Part shown: in pieces, positions 13,420 to 22,128 of the stretch
Layout: each line of letters begins with the position of its first letter
Position numbering within the stretch: position 1 is the stretch's first letter
DNA from: Candidatus Velamenicoccus archaeovorus
GTDB lineage: Bacteria; Omnitrophota; Gorgyraeia; Velamenicoccales; Velamenicoccaceae
NCBI RefSeq assembly: GCF_004102945.1
Contig: NZ_CP019384.1
Coordinates: forward strand, 870,001-902,000
DNA: 32,000 nt
Direction: 5' to 3'
Position numbers and translations under genes: made by a program
The notes under the pieces: model-generated
Told to the model about the DNA's origin: nothing
What the model saw: only the letters and a program-made list of their open reading frames with translations
The model's database searches: none

Positions 13420-14418
13420 TCACTTCGTTCTGTAAGTCTGGGCTTCACTTGACCTTTTGACTCTTGTGAATCCGGAACAGGACAAGACCTTCAGATTTCC
13501 GCTTTTTTCGAGTTTGTCCAACAGCAGGTTGAGGCCGAGTGAGTCGGAGGAGATGTGCCCTGCCACAATCACATGGATGTTCTTGCTTTGAAGCTTTTTG
13601 TAGAATTCGTCGCTGACGTGCATGCCTACGAGGGTCCCTACGCCGGCAGCCAGGAGATGGTCTGCGATATCTTTCGGCCCTTCGGTCCCCCCTGTCATGT
13701 CAACGAAGATCTTTCCTGTTTTGTTCCTGGGTGCGCCGAAAAGGATGACGGGCGGATTGTTGTTCTTGGCGGCGATCTTGTACTCGTCTATATCTAAAAG
13801 AAGGTCTATGACGTCTTTGAGCTGTTTTGGTTTCTTGCGATCAAAAAGTTTTTGCAGGAAGCTGACCGCGTGGTTGTCCGCCGGCGTATGCGCGCAGATG
13901 AAGGGGATTCCCAGAAGCTGGGCCGCGTTGGCCGCCCGTTGATGATTGGCTGCGTGGATCCTGCGCCCGACCTCTTTGAGGCGCTCTCCGAGAAGGCCTT
14001 CAGCTACGTTAACGGGAATGCCGATCTGTTCGTAGATGTCCGCCTGCATCCGCATCACTTCGTGAAGGCCGGCAAAGCCTTTTCCTTGAGGATGGTGGCT
14101 TAAAGCCAGATCGATCTTTTGGCGTCCTGCGCCGCGTGCCGATTCGTTGAGCCGGTCGATGAGCAGGAGCTCGGATGTGTCGATATCGATGCCCGCCATG
14201 ATGGTCTTGATCTCTTTGTCCGGCTGGCCGTTGAGGAGCCGGCTGTCGTCATAGGGGTTTTTCAGCTTGTCTGTGTCAAACCACGCCTTTTCTTTTGCGG
14301 AGAGCGCGGCATATTCTTCGCTCGTTTGTTTAAGACATTCCTGGACGGTTTTGGCGCCTCGTGGGTCTGCTTCGATGCCCGATGCGATGATGAATTCGTA
14401 GATTTTTTGGAGTTTCAT
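13420..14418 (-). CDS. NIF3 (NGG1p-interacting factor 3) family dinuclear-metal protein
   Basis: The 332-aa ORF has LALSHHPQGKG and FICAHTPADN metal-ligand motifs and GHISSDSLGLN near the C-terminus, which fits the long clostridial/thermotogal-type NIF3 subfamily. The call rests on motifs only. Confidence 0.7.
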   Translation of the reverse strand: MKLQKIYEFIIASGIEADPRGAKTVQECLKQTSEEYAALSAKEKAWFDTDKLKNPYDDSRLLNGQPDKEIKTIMAGIDIDTSELLLIDRLNESARGAGRQKIDLALSHHPQGKGFAGLHEVMRMQADIYEQIGIPVNVAEGLLGERLKEVGRRIHAANHQRAANAAQLLGIPFICAHTPADNHAVSFLQKLFDRKKPKQLKDVIDLLLDIDEYKIAAKNNNPPVILFGAPRNKTGKIFVDMTGGTEGPKDIADHLLAAGVGTLVGMHVSDEFYKKLQSKNIHVIVAGHISSDSLGLNLLLDKLEKSGNLKVLSCSGFTRVKRSSEAQTYRTK

Positions 14419-14473
14419 CTTATGCGGGGCTCCTTATTTGTTTTTCGATATGTTCCGCGGCCGCGCGATGCGG

Positions 14474-15037
14474 TTAGCGTTCGATGGCCCTGAAAGGTTC
14501 GGGATTGAGCTTTCCTGGGAAGAATTTGCCGATCAGCCCTTCGTAGCTGCCTTTATAAATGGCCGGCGCCATAGCGATGAGCTTGTGTCCGAACAGCGAC
14601 GACTTGGCGCTCACTTCCAGGTACTGGATCGTTGAGATGGTCATGATGAAGAGGCCGATGCTGCAGATCCACAGCCCCCTTACAAAACCGATGAAGAGCC
14701 CGGCCCACTTATCTACGACATTCTTGGCTTCGATCTTGATAAGGAGAAAGAAGGATTCGCGGACGATGCGGATGAGCAGCGTCACCAGAACGACCAGCGC
14801 GATGAAGACAAAGACATCGCCGGCATCCAGGGGCAGGGCCGGGAGCTTTTGATTGAGCATGTCCGATAAGGGGGTCGTATAGACGTGGAAGGCCGTGACT
14901 GTGACAAGCCAGAGACTGAAGAGCTTGAAGAGTTCTACGATGAATCCTGTCTTGACGCCGATGTAGCACATGCGCAGGATAACGGCAATCATCAGGAAAT
15001 CGACCCAGTTGATACCTATAAAGTATTTTGTGAGCAT
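14474..15037 (-). CDS. cvpA: CvpA family membrane protein
   Basis: The 187-aa ORF has four predicted TM segments. The N-terminus INWVDFLMIAVILRMCYIGVKTGFIVELFKLFSLWL is typical of colicin V production protein family members. Confidence 0.8.
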   Translation of the reverse strand: MLTKYFIGINWVDFLMIAVILRMCYIGVKTGFIVELFKLFSLWLVTVTAFHVYTTPLSDMLNQKLPALPLDAGDVFVFIALVVLVTLLIRIVRESFFLLIKIEAKNVVDKWAGLFIGFVRGLWICSIGLFIMTISTIQYLEVSAKSSLFGHKLIAMAPAIYKGSYEGLIGKFFPGKLNPEPFRAIER

Positions 15038-15342
15038 TAAACCTTTTTATGCCAACGGTCATGCCTTGCGGCAAAAGCATGCTCAACCGCGCATATCTAA
15101 GTGATGTCGTGACAATGCGTAACAAAAAGAACAAGTGCCTTAATTAAAAATTTTTGAAAGTATAACATAGGAATACGGCCCTGTCAAGGGAGCGTCCTTG
15201 ATTACGTTGGAAGACGTCGTTTTCCCGCGCGGGCAGCCCCGTTACAAAGCCGCGCCCATGGGCGTGGTCGTTTTAAGGCGGCTGCATAGGAAAAATCCCC
15301 TGTCGGTTATTTGTTGGAAAAGACTTTGCCTTTCTAACGGGG

Positions 15343-15371
15343 TTGACTTCCCCCTGGAGATGTGTTAAAGT
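15343..15371 (+). promoter_or_regulatory. Candidate sigma70 promoter giving a leaderless GGDEF mRNA
   Basis: The sequence reads TTGACT (15343-15348), a 17-nt spacer, then TAAAGT (15366-15371). The ATG at 15379 lies 7-8 nt after the -10 box, and no SD sits in between. Confidence 0.4.
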
Positions 15372-15378
15372 TGCGCGT

Positions 15379-16584
15379 ATGGAAAATCAGGATAAGGCAA
15401 GGACAATAAACGATCAGGATGTTCTTTTAGAGCAGCTGGCCAAGGCGAGACAGGAGCTCTCGACCCTCTATGAGATCTCCAACGCCATGCACAAGACCCT
15501 TGCCCTGGATGAGATCCTTTTTATTATTTTGACAGGAGTCACTTCGCATTCGGGCCTTGGCTTTAACAGGGCCATGCTTTTTCTTCTGGATTCTTCCGCG
15601 AAATTCCTGGAAGGCCGCATCGGGATCGGCCCCGACAACGGTGAAGAGGCCAAGCGCATTTGGAGGCTGATCGACGAACAGAAGATGGATCTGGATGACC
15701 TTGTCAATTCCTATGCCCAGACGCATGAGGTCATTAAAGGTTCGAAATTTTTTAACCAGGTCAAATCCGTCCGTATGCCCGTCAAAGAGCCGGACGGCGG
15801 CATCCTGGCGAAAGTGTTCAACGACGGTATGCCCTTCCATTTCAAGAAAGATAATCTTCAGAGCTTTACGGGGGATCCTCTCTTCGCCATTTTCCCGTCC
15901 GATGAATTCGTCGTGATTCCCCTGAAGGCCAAGGATAGGTCGAACGGCCTGATCGTCGCTGATAACATTTTTACGAAACGTTCCATCACCAAAGACGACA
16001 TCCGGGTCCTGATGATGTTCGCCAACCAGGCCGGCATGGCCATAGAAAACTCACAGCTTTATGAGCGCACCTTGATCAAGGCCCATAAGGACGCCCTCAC
16101 CGATCTTTGGAACCATGGTTATTTCCAGTATGTTTGTGACGAAGAGCTCCGGCGTGCCAAGGACCACATGTCTTATCTGAGCCTGATCATGCTCGATATC
16201 GATAATTTTAAGAATTATAACGACACGTGGGGTCACCAGAAGGGCGACGAGATCCTTGCGCGTATTTCCCAGATCATCATGGAGTCGTCCCGCAAAATCG
16301 ACAAGGTCTGCCGTTATGGCGGCGAGGAATTTGCTGTGATCCTGCCGGATGCCGCCAAGAGAGATGTCCTGGTGGTTGCCGAGCGCATCCGGGCGAATAT
16401 CGAGCAGTGCACCTTCACAACAGGTACGGACCATCCTTCCCAAAAGATCACCGTCAGCATCGGCGTTGCCTCGTTTCCTGAGAACGGGAAGACAAAGCTG
16501 GAGCTTATCCGGGCCGCCGATGCGGCGCTCTACGATGCCAAGAAACAGGGCAAGAACCGGGTTGCCTGCCCTCCTGTGCCGTAA
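15379..16584 (+). CDS. GAF-domain diguanylate cyclase (GGDEF)
   Basis: The N-terminal part looks like a GAF domain (LYEISNAMHKTLALDEILFIILTGVTSHSGLGFNRAMLFLLD). The C-terminal GGDEF domain has an active-site GGEEF and an intact I-site, RKID, five residues upstream. I moved the start to ATG 15379 (MENQDK...). Confidence 0.88.
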   Translation: MENQDKARTINDQDVLLEQLAKARQELSTLYEISNAMHKTLALDEILFIILTGVTSHSGLGFNRAMLFLLDSSAKFLEGRIGIGPDNGEEAKRIWRLIDEQKMDLDDLVNSYAQTHEVIKGSKFFNQVKSVRMPVKEPDGGILAKVFNDGMPFHFKKDNLQSFTGDPLFAIFPSDEFVVIPLKAKDRSNGLIVADNIFTKRSITKDDIRVLMMFANQAGMAIENSQLYERTLIKAHKDALTDLWNHGYFQYVCDEELRRAKDHMSYLSLIMLDIDNFKNYNDTWGHQKGDEILARISQIIMESSRKIDKVCRYGGEEFAVILPDAAKRDVLVVAERIRANIEQCTFTTGTDHPSQKITVSIGVASFPENGKTKLELIRAADAALYDAKKQGKNRVACPPVP

Positions 16585-16623
16585 GGCAAAAATAATACGC
16601 CTGATGAATGGGGTTTTGGAAGA

Positions 16624-19600
16624 TTACGCCGCTTCCGAGGTAGTCTCGGGAGTTTTTTCTTTGGCGTCTTCTTGCGGTTGAGGCTGGGGTTCCGCCGGTG
16701 CGGCGGCGGCCTTGGCCTGTGCGTTTTCGTGCAGCTTGACGGAGACGATCTTCGACATGCCGGAGCGTTCCATGGTGATGCCGTACATCACATTGGCGCG
16801 CGAGATGGTTTTTTTGTTGTGTGTGATGGTGATGAACTGGGAGGTTTTGGCGAAGTCGCCCAGCATGCGGCTGAAGCGGTCGATGTTGGACTCGTCGAGC
16901 GCCGCGTCGATCTCATCCAGGACGCAGAACGGCGACGGTTTGGTCTTGAAAATGGCAAAGATCAGCGCGATGGCTGCCAGGGATTTTTCTCCGCCGGAGA
17001 GGAGCGTGATGTTCTGGAGTTTCTTTCCGGGCGGCCGGCAGATGATCTCAATGCCGGATTCCAAGACGTCTTCTTCGTCCATCAGAAAAAGCTTGGCCTC
17101 TCCCCCGCCGAACAGGAGGCGGAAGTAATTCTTGAATTCCTCGGCGACGATCTGAAATGTCTCCAAAAACATCTTGCGCGTGTTGCGGTTGATCTTGAGG
17201 ATCGCGTTTTTCAGCGATTCCTTGGCCGTCACGAGGTCGTTTTGCTGCTGTGTCAGGAAGTCGAAACGGTTCTTTAATTCCTCCAGTTCTTCGATGGCCA
17301 CCAGATTCACCGTCCCGAAAGATTCCACCTTTTCCCTCAGGGACTGGATCTCCTGCTGGAGCGCCTGGACGTCCACGCCTTCGGCGGGTTCCGGCGCGAC
17401 GGTCGCCGCATCGTCCAGGTCGACATTGTATGTCGAGAGGATCCTGTTTTTGATGTTGGTGAGCTTGAAATGCATCTCTTGTTCTTGCATCTGGTAGTGA
17501 TGGATGCTTTCTTTGATGCGGTCCAGCTTCTCCTCAAGGTCCATGATTTGTTTCTGGATGAAATCGATGGCGTTGACCTCTTCGATACGCAGTTGGCTCT
17601 GGGACCTGAGCTCCTCGCTTTTTTTGTTTACAGTCTCTTCATTGGCCTTGATCTTGATCTCCAGATTCTGGGTTTCTTCTTCCAGAAGCCGGGTCTTTTC
17701 CTGCGATTCCGCAATTTCCTGGCGCGCGAGCGTCAGGGTGTGATTATCGGCGTTGAGCGCGTCTTCAAAAAGCTTGAGGTTGGCCCGCAAGCCGTCTTCT
17801 TTGGCTTTCTGGTTGTCCAGTTCGGCCTTGAGTTGCGTGATCTCGACCAGGACGGTCTCGCGTTCTGCGCTGATCTTGACCGCCTGTTCGGTATTTTGCG
17901 TGATTTTGTTGTCGCAGCTCGTCAGTTCGGCAGATAGGACATTGAGTTCATTGCGGTATTGCTCGTCGCGGCCTTTGGCGGTCCCAAGTTCCTGCGTCAC
18001 ATCTTGGAGTTCTAAGGTAATGACAGAAATCTCGTCTTGGATCTTGCGGGCATTCTCGGTCAGGTTCGTATTGACGGCTTCCTTGTTGGTCAGGGTGAAT
18101 TTTTCCTGTTGGAGCTCTTCATCGATTTTGTGCGCGTCCTCCACAATCTGCAGGAGCTCTTTTTCTTTTGCGGAGAGTTCGGCGCGCAGGTTCTGGGTTT
18201 CCGCATCAATGTCTTTGGAGCGTTGTTCCAGCCCCTCGAGGTCGAAAGAGATGAACTTCAGCTCGCAGGTGATGCGGGTAGTGGCTGTTTTTTCGTCGTA
18301 GGCGATGTCCCGGGCGTGGGCGATGATCCCGGATATCTTGCCGTCGATCGGACCGTGGATTTCCAGCGTACCCAGCTGGGCTTCGGGCATGCTGTCGTAT
18401 TTGAGGCGGAGTTCTTTCAGGAATTCGATTTGGGACTGGAGGCCGAGTTTTTCGTTTTCGAGCGAGCGCAGGCGTGCATCCATCTCTTTGAGCCCTGCTT
18501 CGCGCTTCGCCTGTTCGGCCTTCAGGCCGGTGAGGCGCGACTGTATTTCTTCGATCTTCGTCTTTTCCTGGGAGATCTCCAGACCCATGGCTTCGATATT
18601 CTTCAAGAGCTGGGCGTTTTCTTCTTCGGTTTTTAGTTTTTCGGTCTCCAGGCGCCTCTGGCGGGCCAATAAGCCGTGGAGGCTGCTTGAGTTTTCATTG
18701 AGCAAGTTGGAGGTTTTTGTCTCGTTGAGATTGAGCTCAAAGATCCTGTTTTTGAGTTCTTTGTTTTCGGCCTGGAGGCGGTTGAGGTCTTCGTCCATCT
18801 TGGCCAGAAGCGCCTCCCTTTCTTTAAAATGCGACTCTTTTTCAGAGAAAACTTCGTTCAGGCGGGCCAGTTGTTCCGAGAGCTCGTCGATGTTGCCCTG
18901 ATGAGAGGCGATCTTCGGCGTCAGCTGCTGTTCTTGTCCGGTCAGGACCTGGATGCGCTGGCCCAGGTCGCCCATGCGGTCCATGTTCAGGTTGATGTGC
19001 TGGCGGCAGGTGGTCGAACTGTTTTCAAGGCTTGAAATTTCTTCTTTCATTTCGGCGATGCGGCCGTCGAGTTCTTGCAGCTCCTGCTGCTGGCGCATGA
19101 GCCGGCCGTCGAGTGTCTGGAGTTCCGCATTGAACTGGACTTCTTCCTGCGTCCCTTTTTTCGCCATTTCCCCCACGACCGCCGCCTCTCCCTTGATGGT
19201 CTTGAGTTCGATGGCTGCGAAGGCCATCTCCGAAGATTTAAGTTTTTCAAACACCTCTTTATAACGGCGCGCCTTGCTCGCCTGGCGTTCGATGGAGCCT
19301 ATCTGGCGTTTGACTTCCGTAATGATGTCGTTGACACGCAGGAGGTTGTTGTCCGTTTCCTCGAGTTTGCGCATCGCCTCTTTTTTCTTGACTTTGTATT
19401 TGCTGACGCCTGTCGCTTCGTCGAAGACCAGGCGCCTGTCTTCCGGTTTTGAGCTGATGACAAGGTCGATCTTGCCTTGTTCGACAAGAGAATAAGATTC
19501 GGCCCCGATGCCTGTGCCCATCAGAAGTTCGTTGATGTCTTTGAGACGGACGGTGTTGTTGTTGATGAGATATTCGCTCTCCCCGGACCGAAAGAGCCGC

Positions 19601-19905
19601 CGGGTGATCGTGACTTCGTCGTAGTCGATGGGCAGGATCTTGGCTTCGTTGGAGATCGTGAGGGATACCTCCGCCATGTTCTGGGCGGGAACGTTCTCCG
19701 TGCCGTTGAAAATGACGTCTTCCATCTTGGCGCCGCGCAGGGATTTGATGGATTGTTCGCCCAGGCACCAGCGCATGGAATCGAAGATATTGCTTTTTCC
19801 GCAGCCGTTGGGGCCGACGATGGCAGTGATACCGGGTTCGAAATGCAGAACCGTCTTTTCGGCAAAAGATTTGAAACCGGCGATCTCAAGTTTTTTGAAA
19901 TACAT
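16624..19905 (-). CDS. smc: Chromosome partition protein Smc
   Basis: The 1093-aa ORF has the Walker A motif GPNGCGKSNIFDSMRWCLGEQS, long coiled coils with a central hinge, the C-terminal signature LSGGEKSLAAIALIFAIF and Walker B FCVLDEIDAALD. Confidence 0.95.
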   Translation of the reverse strand: MYFKKLEIAGFKSFAEKTVLHFEPGITAIVGPNGCGKSNIFDSMRWCLGEQSIKSLRGAKMEDVIFNGTENVPAQNMAEVSLTISNEAKILPIDYDEVTITRRLFRSGESEYLINNNTVRLKDINELLMGTGIGAESYSLVEQGKIDLVISSKPEDRRLVFDEATGVSKYKVKKKEAMRKLEETDNNLLRVNDIITEVKRQIGSIERQASKARRYKEVFEKLKSSEMAFAAIELKTIKGEAAVVGEMAKKGTQEEVQFNAELQTLDGRLMRQQQELQELDGRIAEMKEEISSLENSSTTCRQHINLNMDRMGDLGQRIQVLTGQEQQLTPKIASHQGNIDELSEQLARLNEVFSEKESHFKEREALLAKMDEDLNRLQAENKELKNRIFELNLNETKTSNLLNENSSSLHGLLARQRRLETEKLKTEEENAQLLKNIEAMGLEISQEKTKIEEIQSRLTGLKAEQAKREAGLKEMDARLRSLENEKLGLQSQIEFLKELRLKYDSMPEAQLGTLEIHGPIDGKISGIIAHARDIAYDEKTATTRITCELKFISFDLEGLEQRSKDIDAETQNLRAELSAKEKELLQIVEDAHKIDEELQQEKFTLTNKEAVNTNLTENARKIQDEISVITLELQDVTQELGTAKGRDEQYRNELNVLSAELTSCDNKITQNTEQAVKISAERETVLVEITQLKAELDNQKAKEDGLRANLKLFEDALNADNHTLTLARQEIAESQEKTRLLEEETQNLEIKIKANEETVNKKSEELRSQSQLRIEEVNAIDFIQKQIMDLEEKLDRIKESIHHYQMQEQEMHFKLTNIKNRILSTYNVDLDDAATVAPEPAEGVDVQALQQEIQSLREKVESFGTVNLVAIEELEELKNRFDFLTQQQNDLVTAKESLKNAILKINRNTRKMFLETFQIVAEEFKNYFRLLFGGGEAKLFLMDEEDVLESGIEIICRPPGKKLQNITLLSGGEKSLAAIALIFAIFKTKPSPFCVLDEIDAALDESNIDRFSRMLGDFAKTSQFITITHNKKTISRANVMYGITMERSGMSKIVSVKLHENAQAKAAAAPAEPQPQPQEDAKEKTPETTSEAA

Positions 19906-19917
19906 GGTTTAAGCCGC

Positions 19918-21111
19918 CTATTTTCTTAACTTTTCTCTTAGCGTCTTCGTCAACAGCGGCACGACCTCAAAGAGATCGCCGACAATTCCGTAGGAGGCAA
20001 TCTGGAAGATCGGCGCCCCAGGGTCGTTGTTGATGGCGATGATTGTCTTGGACGACTGCATGCCGACCAAGTGCTGGATCTGGCCGGAGATGCCGCAGGC
20101 GATATAGATGCTTGGGCAGACTGTTTTGCCGGTTTGTCCCACTTGATGAGAATAGGGGATCCAGCCGGAGTCCACCGCCGCGCGCGAGGCGCCGACGGCG
20201 CCGTTGAGGACTTCCGCAAGCTCTTCTATGATCTTGAAGTTTTCCGGTCCTTTTATGCCCCTGCCTCCGGAGACGATGATGTCGGCTTCGGCGATGTTGA
20301 CAGTCGCTGAGACGTCTTCGATGATATCAAGGATTTTTGTCCTCGAAACATAGACGTTATCCTCAAAATTTTCCTTGACGAGCTTTCCGTGGCGTGAAGG
20401 ATCGAGGACCGCTTCTTTCATCACCTTGTGCCGGACTGTCGCCATCTGCGGCCTGTGGTTGGGCGTGATGATGGTGGCCATGATGTTGCCGCCGAAGGCC
20501 GGCCGCGTCTGCAGGAGGATCTTTTTGTGTGGATCGATATCCAGACCCGTGCAGTCGGCCGTCAGCCCTGTGTGGATCTTGACGGCGACACGCGATATCA
20601 GGGAGCGGCCGATCGATGTCGCGCCGCACAGGACGATCTCCGGCTTGTATTTTTTGATCAGCCGCACGAGGACGGCCGTGTAGGCGTCGTCCACGTAGTG
20701 TTTCAGCTGAGGGTGGTCGACGACGTAAACCGTGTCCGCCCCCCTCTGGATGATGTCCTGGCTCTTGGATTCGATATCGTGGCCGATGAGCACGCCGCAG
20801 AGTTCGCAGCCCAGCTTGTTCGCAAGCTCGCGGCCTTTGCCGAGGAGTTCGAAACTGACGGATTGAACGACGCCGCGCTTCTGTTCGCAGAAGACCCAGA
20901 CGCCCCGCGCTTGGGCATCGGCCTGAGCCGTTTTTTCTCTCTTGATCGAGATGACATCGAATTTGCACGCCTCGACGCAAGCGCCGCACAAGGTGCATTG
21001 TTCAGGACGCACAACGGCTTTCTTGTTTTCCATATAAAGAGCGCCAAAGGGACAGGCCTTGACGCACAAGGTGCATCCGACGCATTTCTCTTTATTGATG
21101 ATCAAAGACAT
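19918..21111 (-). CDS. etfA: Electron transfer flavoprotein alpha subunit with an N-terminal 2x[4Fe-4S] ferredoxin domain
   Basis: Two cluster motifs, [12 protein letters not shown] and [11 protein letters not shown], are followed by an EtfA body ([74 protein letters not shown]). Confidence 0.9.
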   Translation of the reverse strand: MSLIINKEKCVGCTLCVKACPFGALYMENKKAVVRPEQCTLCGACVEACKFDVISIKREKTAQADAQARGVWVFCEQKRGVVQSVSFELLGKGRELANKLGCELCGVLIGHDIESKSQDIIQRGADTVYVVDHPQLKHYVDDAYTAVLVRLIKKYKPEIVLCGATSIGRSLISRVAVKIHTGLTADCTGLDIDPHKKILLQTRPAFGGNIMATIITPNHRPQMATVRHKVMKEAVLDPSRHGKLVKENFEDNVYVSRTKILDIIEDVSATVNIAEADIIVSGGRGIKGPENFKIIEELAEVLNGAVGASRAAVDSGWIPYSHQVGQTGKTVCPSIYIACGISGQIQHLVGMQSSKTIIAINNDPGAPIFQIASYGIVGDLFEVVPLLTKTLREKLRK

Positions 21112-21121
21112 GGTGCCTCTT

Positions 21122-21904
21122 TTAAGGGATGAGTGATTTGATGACGGCAGCTATTTTTTCAACGGATTCTTCCACGGGTCCCTGGTAGACCTCGCCGCCC
21201 TTGCGCCGCTCCGGCGAAAAGATCTTGACGACCTGCGTCGGGGAGCCCTTGAGCCCCAGGCGAGCGGCTTCGCAATCGAGCATTTGTGCACTCAATAGCT
21301 GGATCTTGGCGCTCTTGGCACGCATCTTTCCTTTGAGCGACGGCGTGCGGGGTTCGTTGATCTCTTTGACGACGGTCAGCAGACACGGCAGGGGTGTTTC
21401 GACGATATCATAGCCTTCTTCCGTCATGCGTTCGACGACGGCGACGCCGTTCTTGATGGACTCGATCCTTTTGACATAAGTGACCTGGGGGATGTCGAGG
21501 TGCGTCGAGATGCCGGGTCCGACCTGGGCCGTGTCGCCGTCGGAAGCCTGCTTGCCGCAGAGGATGATGGAGAAATCGCCGAGTTTCTTGATCGCCGCCG
21601 CCAACGTATAGCTCGTGGCTAGGGTGTCGGCGCCGGCAAAGGCCCTGTCGCAGATGAGCACGGCCTCATCAATGCCCATGGAAATCGCTTCACGCAGCGC
21701 GCTTTCCGCCTGCGGCGGTCCCATCGTGACGACCGTCGCCTTTCCATTGAACTGTTCTTTGAGACGCAGACCCTCTTCGATCGCATACATATCGAAAGGG
21801 TTGATAATCGATTGCACCCCTTCGCGCACGAGGGTGTTGGTTTCAGGGTTGATTTTGACGTCCGCCGTGTCCGGGACCTGTTTGATACAGATGATGATGT
21901 TCAT
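21122..21904 (-). CDS. etfB: Electron transfer flavoprotein beta subunit
   Basis: MNIIICIKQVPDTADVKINPETNTLVREGVQSIINPFDMYAIEEGLRLKE...ILCGKQASDGDTAQVGP is the standard EtfB pattern. Confidence 0.9.
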   Translation of the reverse strand: MNIIICIKQVPDTADVKINPETNTLVREGVQSIINPFDMYAIEEGLRLKEQFNGKATVVTMGPPQAESALREAISMGIDEAVLICDRAFAGADTLATSYTLAAAIKKLGDFSIILCGKQASDGDTAQVGPGISTHLDIPQVTYVKRIESIKNGVAVVERMTEEGYDIVETPLPCLLTVVKEINEPRTPSLKGKMRAKSAKIQLLSAQMLDCEAARLGLKGSPTQVVKIFSPERRKGGEVYQGPVEESVEKIAAVIKSLIP

Positions 21905-22128
21905 GGGATGCCGGTTGTGGTTATTTGGGCTGCAACGGGGTGTGGCCCGTTGCGGGCAAAAAGTACTGGTTTAGTTTACTGCAAAGCTTAACGCCTTTCA
22001 ACAGATACTTCTTTGTCGCCGGGGTATCGTCAGCCGGACGAGAATGGCTGTGATCAGGAAAGGACAAAGTTGTCTGTTTCTTCTTTGAGACTTTTCTAAG
22101 GGCTTCCGTTGTGTTCTTCCAGCGGCCG

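Noticed and set aside
15241-15257. c-di-GMP-I (GEMM-I) riboswitch upstream of the GGDEF gene (GUUACAAAGCCGCGCCC resembles GACGCAAAGCC)
   Set aside because: Only this short string matches. The P1 hairpin with its GNRA tetraloop and tetraloop receptor, and the GGCAAAC element, are absent. In addition, the candidate promoter for the gene lies downstream of this string.
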